Origin: Camelus dromedarius
Lineage: Eukaryota
Assembly: GCF_036321535.1 (NCBI RefSeq)
Contig: NC_087437.1
Location: forward strand, 25,422,001-25,486,000
Direction of reading: 5' to 3'
DNA length: 64,000 nt
The translations under genes were made by a program, and so were the position numbers. How positions within the stretch are numbered: position 1 is the first letter of the stretch; each line of letters opens with the position of its first letter. Below, in pieces: positions 37,179 through 50,809 of the stretch. The notes under the pieces were generated by a model. The model did not search any database, had not been told where the DNA came from, and worked only from the letters and a program-made list of their open reading frames with translations.

Positions 37179-37686
37179 AGAGATTCTCAAACTTTTTCAA
37201 TTTGGAGCCCCAAACTCTTAGAAATTATAAACAACCTTAAAGAGTTTTTCTTTATGAGTTATATCTATCAATATTTTTCATATTAGAAATTATTTTAGTT
37301 TCTGAGAAAATTTAGACATTTATTTAATAATTCATTTTTAAAATAAATGCATGCATGTTAACATATATTTATGTTACTATACATTAATCTACAAAAAAAC
37401 CCTATATTTTTTAAAACAAAAGTAATTAGTGAGTGATATTATTTTGCACTTTTGCAAATCTATTCAATGTGTTACATAATGGAAGACTGCTGGATTCCTA
37501 AATCTAGTGTAATATCACATGTCAGATAGCCTCTGGAATATTCCACTGCAGGTTCATGAAAGAATAAGAGGAAAATGACAAATAACATCCCAATATAATT
37601 TTCAACAAAAATTTGACCCTGTGGGCCCAATGAAAATGTCTCAAGGGACTCCTGGGAGTGCCTGATCACACTTTAAGAACCATTGA
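37179..37686 (+). mobile_element. Non-autonomous hAT-Charlie element with both termini
   Basis: Starts agagattctcaaactttttc...aaagagtttttctttatgagttatatctatcaatattt and ends cacactttaagaaccattg. Confidence 0.75.
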
Positions 37687-37819
37687 CTTAGGAGTTATTT
37701 TAGAATATCCTTGATCCACTCCAAGTTATAGAAACCACATATAATAGAGAATAATTTCAAAAAGAATAAATATTCATCATAAATGTAAAAGCACAGGTAT
37801 ATAAGCTCCAAAACTAAGA

Positions 37820-39809
37820 CTATACTATTTGCAGGTGACATGATTTTCTGCATAGAAAACCCCAAGGAATCTACAAAAAACTCCTAGACCCATGAAGTTA
37901 GTTTAGCAAGGCTGCAAGATACAAGATCAACACAAAGAAATCACTCATATTTCTATATACTAACATTAAGCATATGGAAACCAAAGTTTAAAACACAGTA
38001 CCATTTTTACAGTCAATTCAAAGAAAATTAAAGACTTTGGTATGAAACTAACAAAACATGTACGGTATCTGTATGATGAATACAAAATGCTGATGAAAGA
38101 AATCAAAGACCTACATAAATAGAGCCATACCTTGTTCACGGATTTGAAAATACAACACAGTAAAGGTGTTAATTCTCCTAAAATTGTTCTATAGGTTTAA
38201 TGCAATTCCTTTCAAAATTCTAGCATTTTATAGACATAGGCCATCTTAGTCTACAAAGTATATGAAAAAGCAGAGCCTACAGTTGCTAAAACAATTTTCA
38301 AAGGAAAGAAGAAAATAGGACTCACACTACCCAATGTTAAGTCAGACTGTAGAGCTCCAGTACTCAAGATCGTGTGTTGTTGGCAGAACGGTAGACAACG
38401 AAACAGAATGGAGAACTAGAAATAGTCCCACACAAATATGTCCAAGTGATACTGACAAAGATGAAAAGTCAATTCAATGAAAGAAGTATATAGCCTTTCC
38501 AACAAATGGTGCTTGAGAAGTTAGTCATCCATAGACAGGAAAAAAATAAAAGAACTTTGACCTAAACTTCACACCTTATACATGGACTCATAGACTTAAA
38601 TGTAAAAAATAAAACTATGAAAGTTTTAGAAAATGACAAAGGAGAAAATCTTTGGAACTCAGAGGCAGGCAAAGAATTCTTAGACTTGATGCCAAAAGCA
38701 CAATCATAAAAGGAAAGATCAATATAGTGGGCTTCAAAATTTAAAAATATGCTCTGCAAAAGACTCTATTAAGAGAGCACATAGAGAAGCTACAAACTGG
38801 GAGAAAACTTATCTGACAAAGGACTTGTATCTAGAAGATATAAAGAACTCTCAAAAACTATAATTCAGCTAAAAATTTTTTTAAGTAATTTTAAAAAAGA
38901 AAGTACAATGTATATTATATTGTTAGCCACTGTGACCTTGACAAAGTGACTTGAACACAATACATATTTGGGGAAAAAAATAACTCTACGGTTTTAAAAA
39001 AATCAGTTAGGGCAAAAGACATGAAGAGACATTTAACCAAAGAGGATATACAAGTGGCAAATAAGCACATGAAAAGGTATTTGACATGATCTTTTTAATA
39101 TTTCCCATTGGGGAAATGAAATTTAAGCCACAGTGGGATTTCACTAAGCTGCTATTAGAACAGCTAAAATAAAAATAGGGACAAGACCGAATGCTGACAA
39201 GGACGCAGAGAAACTGGATTACTTATACACTGCTGGTAGAAATGTAAAATAGTATAGCCACTCTGAAAAACAGTTTGGAAGTTTCTCCTCAAACCAAACA
39301 TGCACTTACTGTTCAGTCAAACAATTGTGCTCTTGGACCTTTATCCCAGTTTTTGTGTGAAGTTACATTCACACAGAAGCCTGTACATGAATGTGGAAAG
39401 CAGCTTTATTCGTAATAGCCAAAAGTTAGAAACAACCCACCTACACTTCAATTAGTAATTGGCTAAACAAACTGGTACCTCCATAGCATGGATTGCTACT
39501 CAGCAATAAAAAAGAACCCATCACTAAAACACTAACAACTTGGTTTGAAATCAAGGGAACTACACTGAATGAAAAAGCCAATCTCACCAAGTTACACACT
39601 GTGTGATTCTGTGTATATCATTCTTGAAATAACATAACTATAAACAGGTAGAATGGATTAGTGTTTGCCAAGTGTTAGAGGTGGGGAGAAGGGGGATGGA
39701 TGTGCCTATAAGTGGCCGCAGGAGCAAGCCTTGTGATGATGGAACAGTTATATATCCTGGTTGTCATGGTGATTACATAAATCTAAACAAGTGATAAAAT
39801 TGCATAGAA

Positions 39810-39846
<37 letters not shown>

Positions 39847-40040
39847 TGCATATCAAACTGATGACATCTGAATAAGCTCTGTGGATTGTGCCAATGTTAA
39901 TTTTCTGGTTTTGATATTATGCTATAGTTATGCAAGATGTTATCATTGGGAGAAATTGGGTGAAAGGTATACGGGAACTACCTGCACATTTTTGCCACTT
40001 CCTATGACTCTATAATCATTTCAAAATAGAAAGTTAAAAA
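37820..40040 (+). mobile_element. L1 (L1MC/L1MB-like), ORF2 RT region to 3' end
   Basis: atttgcaggtgacatgat (decayed FADD) at the start; 3' end gcaagatgttatcattgggagaaattgggtgaaagg...tcaaaatagaaagttaaaaa. Confidence 0.9.
39812..39844 (+). repeat. (AC)n microsatellite
   Basis: Perfect dinucleotide run of about 16 units. Confidence 0.97.
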
Positions 40041-43000
40041 ACAAGAACTAAGCCCAATATATGCCCTCAAAATACAGACCACATAAAACACAACTGAAGA
40101 AAACACCCTCAGAGTTTGCAAGTAGCTAGGTAAATGAGATATGTTTCCATTCTGCAGGTCTCTGTGATTTAGAGCCCAGTGGGCCGAGGCAAGGAAACAC
40201 CATCGACAGAGGAAGCATCAGCATGGAGGAGCTGAATGAGCTCTTAACCAGAGCATGAGTATGTGACTGGTTACTTTGGTTGAGCTCCTTTGTTAGTCAT
40301 CATCCCAGCCTACTGGAGGCAATTTTCGCTAATTTCAGAAGAGCTTTGGCCAATTTTACACTGACTCGATCACACAATTATGCATTCAGTTTCCAGGTCA
40401 AACTCTGATGTCACCACTTAATCAGAATAGCAAATGTTTTTAAATCGAAAGATCCAGTATCTTTAAAGTTCAAGGTTCAAATGGGCCATTGCTATGATAA
40501 CTAAAGTCATTAAAACTAATTATATAAAAATGATAAAACGTTAACAACCAAATCTGAATTAATTTCAATAAAACAAATACTATTTTAGAAACTATTGCCA
40601 GGCCAGTCAACTTACATTAACATAGGCCTGGATTCTTAGTCTTGTAAACTACTGATTTCAGCTTTATTTCCGGAGACGTAGTGTGTGCTCTTACTCCTCA
40701 GAAGTAATTGTCTGTGACATGCATTTGGGGGAAAAAATGCATTAAAGATCTGTTTTGTCTAAAAGAGTTGACATCCAGGAACTAAGATATTACATTTTTC
40801 CTTCTCTTTCTAATAAGGGAGTGTAGAAATGCCAAAACATTGGGAACTGCTCAACAAAATGATGGCGTTAACCTCAAGATGACAAAATTAAGTTCATCAG
40901 TTTTGTCTTCTTATTCTTTGACTGGTGTTGTGAAAATCAGTCTCTTCTGTAATTTTAATAAAGCTTTCTTTTAGAAAGAACTACCTGCTAACTATAATCC
41001 ACATCAGTTAACAAAAAGTTTCTTTGAAATGTTTTAATTCAGTGCCCTTTAAAGTTTGTGTGTTGATGTTTATATGTAGACATTTCCACATTTATACACA
41101 AGCATACTGGTACTGGAAATATCCCACCTTTAGACAGAAATACAAGTTATAAGCCTGAGAAAGGACATATCATGGCTAATATTAATTGGTATATCAATAA
41201 AAAGTCACTTGTTATGAAATGTCATAGTCTCAGTCCATCACCAGGAGCCAGAGAGTGGAGGTGCATTTGGAATCAGGATGTTTCTTCCATTTTCTTAGTA
41301 AAAGTGTTTGGATTCATATTCTGACTTTCAATATAATACCTGTCAATTAACTTATCCCAACATTCTGATCATACAAACAACTATAATACAGCAATAAAGC
41401 ATTTTTCTCTCTAAATCAACTCAGTTCAGTCAAAAGCTGGTGTAAACTGCTAACAACATACTCAATTCTGGACAGAAGAGACAAAGAAATAAAAGATCTT
41501 GAAATATTTTTGAATTGAGATATAAAATAAGAAACTCCTAGGTAGTAGGGTACAGATAGTTTGTTGCTTTGCCAAAGGGCTTGAATTAAATTTCACCTCA
41601 AGTTCAAGATGGCTATCCCTAAAGAACAAGTGTCCAGATAGTCAAACAGATAAATATTAGTAAAAAACTATTTGGTTTTATTTTTACCGAAACTAGAAGT
41701 TAGTTTGCATTCAGAGTAAAATGCACAAGGTTTATAAAGTAAAATCAAGATTATACCTCAGAAGCTTCATGCATTTTATTATCACGTGCCAACAAAGTTC
41801 ATGTAACTGCCAGTTGACAAAAGCTTTCCTTTCTTTATCACTTCTAACGCAAAACCATTTTCACCATAAATGAAATGTGATTAGACAAAATCTCCCCACA
41901 CTACTTGGAGGTGAGAACAAATGCAAAATGATCAAAATAAATGTAGCAGAACGTGGGCTTCAAATTCCTAATGGTTGCTTGGCAATAAAATATGTGTATG
42001 CAATAATAATGACACATATTACCCTCAAAAGCAGTGAGATTCCTATCCACAGGAAAAGAAGTGCATTAAAATGCCAAGAAAACCATCCTAGCAGCCTCAG
42101 TGAGGCCCCCTCCTCCTGTTCCATCAATCAACCAGGCCATGTAGGAAGCACTGGGCTGGGTCCTTGCACCTGACACTGAGGTCCCAGAGCAGAGCCCGGC
42201 GTGCAGTGCTGGCTCCATCAGCGGCAACACAGCAAGGCGTTCTTTTGGAATTATAACATAATCTAATATTAAGGATCTGGGGTACCACGCACGATACATG
42301 ACAGCCTGGAAACATCTGATTTGGTAACATCATCATATTTTTATTTATAAGATATATTATAACTTGAATTCATCAAGAAATGGTATAATGTTCTAGTTAA
42401 ATGCACTATTTTCCTCCTTTTTGGCTAAGGTTTCTTTTTCTTACAAAGACATAAAGAGAATAAGATAGGGAGAAAACCCGATTGTTTAAATATGATTGAG
42501 GATTTATTATCTTATTCTGAACATAGTCAGGAAAAGGTTCAATGGGCTTGACTCCTAGTGTTGACAATAGGAATTTGGAAGTCATCATACCAATGTATGA
42601 CTTCATACAACCTTTTAATTAAGTACAAAGGACTTAATTTCACTTTGACATTTTCAGGGTTTCCAAATATCTCCAGACAAAGGAAATTAATCAATAAAAT
42701 TGCCCAAATTAAGTCATTCTTGCTGATATTCCCTGAGCACTAAAGAATAGGCTTTTTTTCCCCCAAATCTAGAATGAACATAAATTGCAACAGGAAAAAG
42801 GAAAAAAGAGCTTTTGCAAAATTCCAAATGCTTTTTTTCATAAAAATTCAATGTGACCATCAGCTCACAGTATTTTTTAGATGATCGGTTAGCTAACAAC
42901 AAAATAAAAAGGAATATGTCATACAATATGCCAGTTTGGCCATCCTGCGTGAAAAATACCATCTCTGCACTTATTCCACGCTTGTTAAGGGGAAGCTCTG

Positions 43001-43367
43001 CCCTCATGGATAAAACTAGATTAAGAAAAATGCTTTCTTAGAAACAGCTAAGGATTCTCTCATCATATGTTTTTGATGAACTAATAAAAGTCATTGGTAA
43101 ATTACGCTTAAATTTACTTCTCACTAAGCAATTGTAGGCAATTATTGAATTGACAATCAGATATTGTGATGAACTGAGTATTTAAAAACATTTTGAGATA
43201 TCTCAAAATGCAGACATTTTTAAAAAGAGATTAGAACTAGTTAGAAACAATAATAAACAAGTAGGGAAATACCTTAATCAATAAGAAATATGAGAAATAG
43301 GGCTAAAAGAACATTAGAAATATAGAAAATAATTTATTTGACCAAGAGCTAGACCTACCTTACAATT

Positions 43368-43915
43368 GTAGCAGACGCCATTAATTCCATTCCCAGACCC
43401 CCTTACCTGCCACTGTACCCCTCCCCCACTTGCTGTAAGTTTTGGCTACATTGGCACACAGCTGCCCCCTCCTCCTGATAGTAATTGTGCTGGGCCAAAT
43501 GGAGACCCCTTTCCCAGAGATATCTTTGTGGTTATGGAAATTCCCACCCACCTGGGGAGGAGCTTAGCCTGCAGCCAATAATTGATACAGGCTACAAAAT
43601 TCAGTTTGTCTTAATGAGACAATCTGGGGTACCATTCATACTCTAGAGCTACCTGTGGAGTCAGGCTGAGCATAGACTTCTGCTAAAATCATATTCTTTC
43701 TTAGCTTCTTTATCTGCGCTATTCTATACAACTTTTGTCACCTGTTTACATTTTTTTTCCTGAGATTATGTCCAAAGGAAAAAAGAAAGAAGGAAGGGAG
43801 GAAGGCAGGAAGGAAAAAAAGAAGGAAGGAAAGAGGGAAGGAAGGAAACAACTTCATTTGCATAAGAATCTCCAACTTCGGTTCTGAGCTAGGGAAACTG
43901 ACCTCACGATAATCA
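43368..43915 (+). mobile_element. LTR16-like ERVL solo LTR with an internal (GGAA)-rich tract
   Basis: tgtagcagacgcc...cagccaataattg...ctctagagctacctgtggagtcaggctgag...catttgcataagaatctcc...agggaaactgacct. Confidence 0.75.
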
Positions 43916-44991
43916 GACAACCTGGTATTTTAGCTTAAAGAAATGAACAATAAAATGACAAGTAATTCTTAAATTTTTTGCACTTTTATTTTTGCTCCAC
44001 TGAAATTCTACCTTATGTATACATTCAATATCAAAGTAATCAGATAGTATTCATTGATGTTATTCCCAGTTTTTAAAAAAACACTTATTTAGAATGAAAA
44101 TATGTCTTCTTTAAATCCTCTTAGAGCCAGCAAAGTCACTCCATTATTTTGAACTGATATCTTGAAATTTCCATTCTTGCTTGGTGCTCACACTTTTTTA
44201 GGTAACACAAATATACACAGACAGGGAAATACACATGGCTATATATTAAACACTTGAACAGTTCTCTAAATGTGCTTCAGTATTGTCAGTATACTGAACT
44301 ATGTCTCTTTGAATCATAATTTTGAAAACATTAGGACATCTTTTGCTACTAGTTGATCTGCATCAGAATTTTTTCAAATTATTTCTTCATTTCAGGGTAA
44401 CTAAACAGATTCTTAAGGAAATGACATCTATTAGTGTCAGTGGCTCAAAATTAATTCCCTTTAATATTCACACTGGAGAATGCATGTGGATGGATACAAG
44501 GGCTGAAAACACTGGAGGGCTGATTTGTTTGTTTTGATTTTGCTTTCTTTTCCATAATGAACATATAATCCAATGAGATTGTCTACACAATACAATCAAA
44601 ATCAATTAAGAACCAAGTACTGATTTGTTTTGCCATATTTAACTACATTAAATGCTTATCACTGTTACAATTTAATGTTTACCAACTCACTTTATTGCAT
44701 ATTAAATGCAAAAATCTATGTTAATGTAATGTTGAGATTGCATATTTGCTATTAAAGGGAGAAAAAAAGAAAATGCAAGGTTAGATTCTCTTAGCAAAGG
44801 TTGATTTTCTTTATTGCGTGAAGGAATTGTATAAAATAATTAAAGTTGCAAAAATGGCAACGTTTTTGAAAGCAAAAAAGTATAGTCTGTTTAGCATAAT
44901 TTTAATTGTCTATCCATATAAATATGTATGTGTTTCGTGTTTGCATGTATAGATATTTTTTACATCAATTCAATTTCAGTTATAAACTTAC

Positions 44992-45029
44992 CTGAGTAAT
45001 TTTAAAGTAGTGTATCACTTTATCAACGT
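44992..45029 (-). other. Candidate 38-nt exon (xVDKVIHYFKITQ)
   Basis: ttgttgtatctttttgaacag | ACGTTGATAAAGTGATACACTACTTTAAAATTACTCAG | gtaagt. Perfect consensus donor, one open frame, non-repeat context. Confidence 0.35.
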
Positions 45030-45329
45030 CTGTTCAAAAAGATACAACAAGGTGGCCATAAGAATTAAGAGCTCCAAAGAGAATCTTTCAAAAACTATTA
45101 GAATTTAATACCACAAGTTTAAAATAAGCAAATGTAAAAGTTTGATAGGATTAGATGACAATTATGCTGAAAATTCACTAGAGTGTGGAGTAAGATGGTC
45201 AAGGCAGGTGGAGATATAAGACATCAAGAAGCTGACTTCTGGACCTCAAGTTTCCTCTATTTAGAAAGTTAATAAATGTAATGTGAGATAATAAAAGCAT
45301 TCAGATAAGATTTGTTCATTTAATGGGAA

Positions 45330-45813
45330 CATCAGTTACCTATCGCCACAATAATGCTACAAAGCAAGCAACAAGAAAACCTTAGTGACATAAAACAAGC
45401 ACTTATTGCTCACACATCTGAGGTGTCCATTAGGTGGCTCTGCGGATCTAAATAGCTCACTCACTCATCTAGGGTTGGCTGGCTAGGTTGGCCAGCTGCT
45501 ATAGGTTGGCAGTGACTAGGTTCATTCACATCTGTACTTTGTCTGGCTTACTTACCTACCTCTGGGTGGGGTTATTCCACGTCTCTGATCCTCTATAAGG
45601 CTACCCCAGAATGTTCCCACAGCAATGGCCAGAGTGGAAATAAGGACATTCCATCCAATCCTCTGCTGTATCAAATCTTCTAATCTCCATTGGCCAAAGA
45701 AAACCACATTGCTGAGCCCAGAGTCCAAGGGGAAGAACAACGAAAAGCTATGTGACAAAGGCCACAGACTCAAAGAGAGAAGAGAATTTGGGCCAGTGAT
45801 GCATTCTACCACA
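45330..45813 (-). mobile_element. MaLR solo LTR (MLT1H/I-like)
   Basis: atcagttacctatcgccacaataatgct...cttagtgacataaaacaagcacttattgctcac...cattggccaaagaaaaccacat...tctaccaca. Confidence 0.8.
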
Positions 45814-47199
45814 GTATTTATTGAATGATTACACTATTGTCAAAATTTGTTGGGACTAAAATATTTTTCTCCTCTTTACTGACATACCAACCAAAAAGCA
45901 GTTTGTAGACTGTGTTATCATAGAACGAAAGATTAACTGTATAGTTGTAGATTCATGCCATTAAGCCCCATTCTTTTTCCTTTTTTAACCATTTGTAAGG
46001 TCAGATACATAACCATTTATAATATTAGGGTTGTTTTGATGTTTAATTTCTATAATGAAGTAAATGTAAAAAAACAACTTCTGAGCAAGCAAGCATAATC
46101 TATTTAAGAAGCCAAAATACTTTCATCATTTTTGTAGAACCTACTTACAAATGAGTACTTTAATTATTTTTATCTCCTCCTTAAATAGTTCCCTCAAAGA
46201 CTGCAAGTTGTAATCCATTGTTTGCTACTATTGGAATTACTATATACTTGATAATAAAATTATATTTGTTTTTTTCCACAAAATCTAAAATTTCATTTAT
46301 TCAGATTTTGTCTTTTACCTCTTTTAAACAGAATTAGTGATTTTTTTCCAACAGGAAACAAGAAAATAATATTTCAAAAAGTAAATGAAACAGGTTGCAA
46401 ATGTGAAAATAAACCCAAAACAAGGTAAATATTTGCAACATTATAATCATAATTAAATTGTTCTATATCCAAGATATTGCAAGTTTATCCAAGACATCGA
46501 GAATCACTGAAGGAGAAGTCAGGTGGAGGCTACCTGAAGGCACAGTATATGCCAGGAAGATTCCTTGGTCCAACTGATCCAGGAGAAGGGTTACCAATCA
46601 CAAAGATAAAAGACCTTTCGGGAGTAAAAAGCAACCTCAATATATCATGTTATGAAGTTGTATGAAAGAAGAGCAAACAAGAGGCTGGTGAGTTTCTGTA
46701 AGGGTAGGTTTAAGACCAAAAAAAATTGAACTAAATAGTAAAAATTGTTTAAAACCCTTTAACAGGCTCTGAACTCTCAATTGCAGTCCCCAAAAGGATC
46801 TAGGTGCTATTATAAATTGTTCTCTAAAATTATCTTTTAAAACAACAATAAGCTACGCATAATTAGAAAAGTCTTGAAATAAATTTTAATTTGTTTAATA
46901 CTGGATTTTTACAAATATCCTGTGAAAAAAGTACAATAACAGAAAAGAAGAAGGCGTGTTTTGTAAAGATTACAGTTAGAAATATTTGGATGAAAGAAAA
47001 ATGAAGCTTTTTCTTTTTTTGGTTCAAGTGGTGCCTAAGGATGAGGCACAAAGTATCATTATCAAATATTTATTCAGTTAGCTTGAAATTTAATGGTAGT
47101 TTTAAGAAAACAAAAAAGTACCATTTTAGTTAGCAGATTGTATATACTCAGAATTCATGTCGAAAATATTTGACACTAATTAGATATATAAATACACAT

Positions 47200-49760
47200 A
47201 AAGACATGGATTATGCACTATCATCACTATTATTTAATATTAGTGGAAGTGTTATCCAATGTGATTAAATAAAAGAAAAAAAGAAAAGGTATAAAATTAG
47301 AAAAATGTAGGCAATATTGTCTATGGTAGGACAATGTACTAGGAAAACCCTAATTGATTAAAAATCTATTGCCAAAATAAGAGAATAATGTAAGATTGGT
47401 AGGTATGACATTACTGGGCAAATACCAAAATTATTCATATACAAGCAGCAATCATTTACCTGTTTTAATAAAATAAAGGAATCCATACTTATACTTCCAG
47501 AAGAGATGGAATAACAGAGACAGGATTTAGCCTCTTACATTAAACAACCAGAAAAATCCCTCGCTATACACAAAACCAGTTTTCACATGTCAGACAATAG
47601 ACAGCATCAGACCAAGACTGTGATCCCTGACAGAAGTTGGCTAAGCTGGGCCCTACAAATGCACCAGCTTACTGTATGGAGGAATCTTGCAGACTGCGGT
47701 GCAAAGAGGGGCAACCCAAACAGATCCTAGTCATTTCACTTATTTGAAGAGACAGAAATGAGAGTGTGGGGAGACTGAGACACCAGCAATTTTCAAAAGA
47801 TACTAATTTCCAGATATAAGATAAGTAAGTATGAGGGATGTAACACACAATATGATGACTACAGTTAACACTGCTGTATGATGTATGTGAACTTTGGTAA
47901 GGGAGCAAATCCTAAGAGAGCTCATCACAAGAAACAAACTTTATTTTTATTGTACCTATATGAGATGATGGATGCTAACTAAACTTATTGTGGTAATCAT
48001 TTCACAATGTGTGTAAGTCAAACCATTATTTTGTATACCTTAAACTTGTAATGTATGTAAATTATATCTCAATAAAACTGAGGGGGAAGAGCAGAATATC
48101 AAAGAAGTAGGACCTATGCAAAAGAGAATATTGGAGATTTACAGATTTCCTCAGTCTACAGCTAAGTATTGCTCTGCATATCCATGAGAAGAAGCTATTT
48201 GGGACTGAAGACAGAATCCATGGAAAACAGCAGGCAGAATAATTTCTGGAGACGATACAGGACTTGGAATAAGATCACCAGCCAGAGTGAGAGCTTTCAA
48301 TATATGAGGCATCAGGTAGAGTAGTAAGAAGGATATAGACCTAGTAGTGAGATTAAATTAGTCCTAGATTAAGGCTGATTTGGAACTACCTTAACAAAAC
48401 TTTAAAAGCAAGTCTTGAAAAGATCCAACTGACTCAACTAATTTAACTGCCTCACTGAGCAAAATCCAATACATTTTTAAGACATATGAGAAAAATCTAG
48501 CCTCAAGAATGGAATATTCACAGTACTCAGCATCCAATCCAAAATTACCAAGCATGCAAAGAAGCTGGAAAATACAAACCATAACCAAGATTTTTAAAAA
48601 AATCAATCAATAAAAACAGAACAAGAAATGATAGAAAAAATTAGCAGATACAGCTGATAAAACAGCATTATGGATATGATCCATATTTTCAAGACGGATA
48701 TGAAAAACATATCACAATGACCAGAGAAATAGAAGATATAAAAGACCCAAACAGAATATTTAGAGATGAAAATGCAATCTCTGAAATGAAATACACTGAA
48801 CTGGAATAAATAGCACATTCTACAAGACAGGGAGGAAAAGAGCTTGAAAGCATATGGATAAAACATGTGGAATCACGAGAAAAATAAATGAAAAAAAAAT
48901 GACTAGCAACCTGTGGGAAAATATCAAACAGTGTAATTGGAATCCCAGAAGGAGGAGAGAAGTGGTAAAGGATATATAAAAAAAATATTTAAAGAAGAAT
49001 TCATGCCAGATGAATTATAACAGATGGAAATCTTGTCTACAGAAAGTCATGAAGGGTGCTAGAAATTACAAATACGTGGCACATATGTGACCACACTTAA
49101 ATATTTTTTCCTCATTTAAAAATCTCTTTAAAAGATAATTGACTATTTCAAGCAAAAATAACATGAATGTATTGTGCAGTTTATAGGATTTAAGAAGACA
49201 AATTTATCACAACAGAAGCACAAAAGACAAAAAGGTGTATAGAAGTATATTGTTTTAAGGTTGTTACACTATATGTGAAGCAGAATAATTTTATTTGAAG
49301 GTAAATAGTGATAAGTTAAAGATATACATTCTAACCCCTAGTGCAAACACTAAAAAGATTTAAGTATAAGTAAGAAGAAAATAGTGATAATAAAATTGAA
49401 TTTGAAAAAGGAATAAAACTTAACTCTTTATAGAATAGTAGAAAATAATGGAGAAAAATAAGAAAAACAGAGGAAAGATGATGGGACAAATAGAAAAAGA
49501 ATAGTAAAATGGATTTAAAACCAATGATGGCGGAAATTGCACTAAATGTGGATAGCTGAAACATGCCCAATTAAAAGACAGATTCTCAGATTTTTTTTAA
49601 AAACCCAAATATGCACTGTCTACAATAAGTCTCTATAAATATAAAGGAACAGGGTAAAATTTAAAGGGTAAAAAAAGATATACCATAAAATACTAATCAA
49701 AAGAAAGAATGGTTATATTAATATCAAATAAAGTAGATCAGATAAAGTAGACAGAAAGTG
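47200..49760 (+). mobile_element. Old L1 fragments (5'UTR/ORF1/ORF2-start, L1M4-like)
   Basis: aaaattaccaagcatgcaaagaagc, aacctgtgggaaaatatcaa...aattggaatcccagaagg, tactaatcaaaagaaag...aaagtaga. Confidence 0.75.
47800..48085 (+). mobile_element. Nested L1MA9-like 3' end
   Basis: ataagataagtaagtatgagggatgta...tgtggtaatcatttcacaatg...atatctcaataaaactg, the same type as the 21470 end. Confidence 0.88.
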
Positions 49761-49897
49761 GAAGGGTGGATTTAAATAGAAAAATACTGATAATGATTTT
49801 AAACACAAATGGGATTCATGTTTATACTTTGGGGTACAAACAGCCCTGCTTTAGGTCCTATGTAGCAATGTCTACTAGAGCCCTTTGTTGAAAACAG

Positions 49898-50430
49898 CTG
49901 TGGTAAATAGGCTTGAAAGATGGCCACCATCAACTCCTTCTTTCCCTGCAGGCACCTGCTGCCCCTCACATCAAGAGGTGAAATCGAATCCGCTACCCTT
50001 TGAATCGGGGCTGGTCCTAGTGACTTACTACCAATAGGATGTATCCTAAAGCATGTTCTGGGACTTCTAAGATTAGGTCATAACAAGGTTTGCCACTTCT
50101 ACCTGTGTCTCTCGGAATGCTCATTCTTGGCCTGCTTCCTCTCAGAGCCCGGCCATCATAGGATGAGAAGCCTTACAGAGGGTCCACATGTAGGTGTTCC
50201 TACAGTCAGCACCAGGCATATGAGTGCACCATCTTGGATTTCCAGAGAGTCAAGCCATCAGGTGACTCCAGCCCAAACCCCACTTGACTGCAACCATGTA
50301 AGAGACCCTGAGAGAAGACTGCCCTGCTGAGCCCAGTTAGTTCACAGAATCATGAATGAAAAGAATAAATTGCTGTTTTAAGCCACAAAATTTGGGGGTA
50401 GGTTGCTACACAGTAACATAATCTAAACCG
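49898..50430 (+). mobile_element. MaLR solo LTR (MLT1F/G-like)
   Basis: tgtggtaaat...aagatggccacc...cccttgaatcggggctgg...gtaagagaccctgag...ttttaagccacaaaatttggggg. Confidence 0.85.
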
Positions 50431-50809
50431 TAGGACCTCCTCTCCTGGCTCAGATACATTCTGAGTCTCTTATGAACCGAGTAACAGGCATCCTGCCTCC
50501 CTCAGAATAGCCCCTGCCCTGCCTATGTATGAGGCACTGTGTTTGGTTAAACTTGTCTGCCTGGCTCCCTCCCTCCTGAAGCTGAAACTTCTCTTCAAGA
50601 ACAATTCCGCTGGACTCCTCCCACCATTCCACCCACCATTTCCAGACATGTCTCAATCCTAAGGGTAAATATTGCCTAAGCTCCAGCTGGGAACTCTGTG
50701 TACACAAAATGAGGAGTATACTGTATACACAACTGTATTTATTGAATTCTTTTTTCACTTAGTGTTATATTGTGATAATTTTCTCATGTCATTAAAAATT
50801 CTACAGAAT

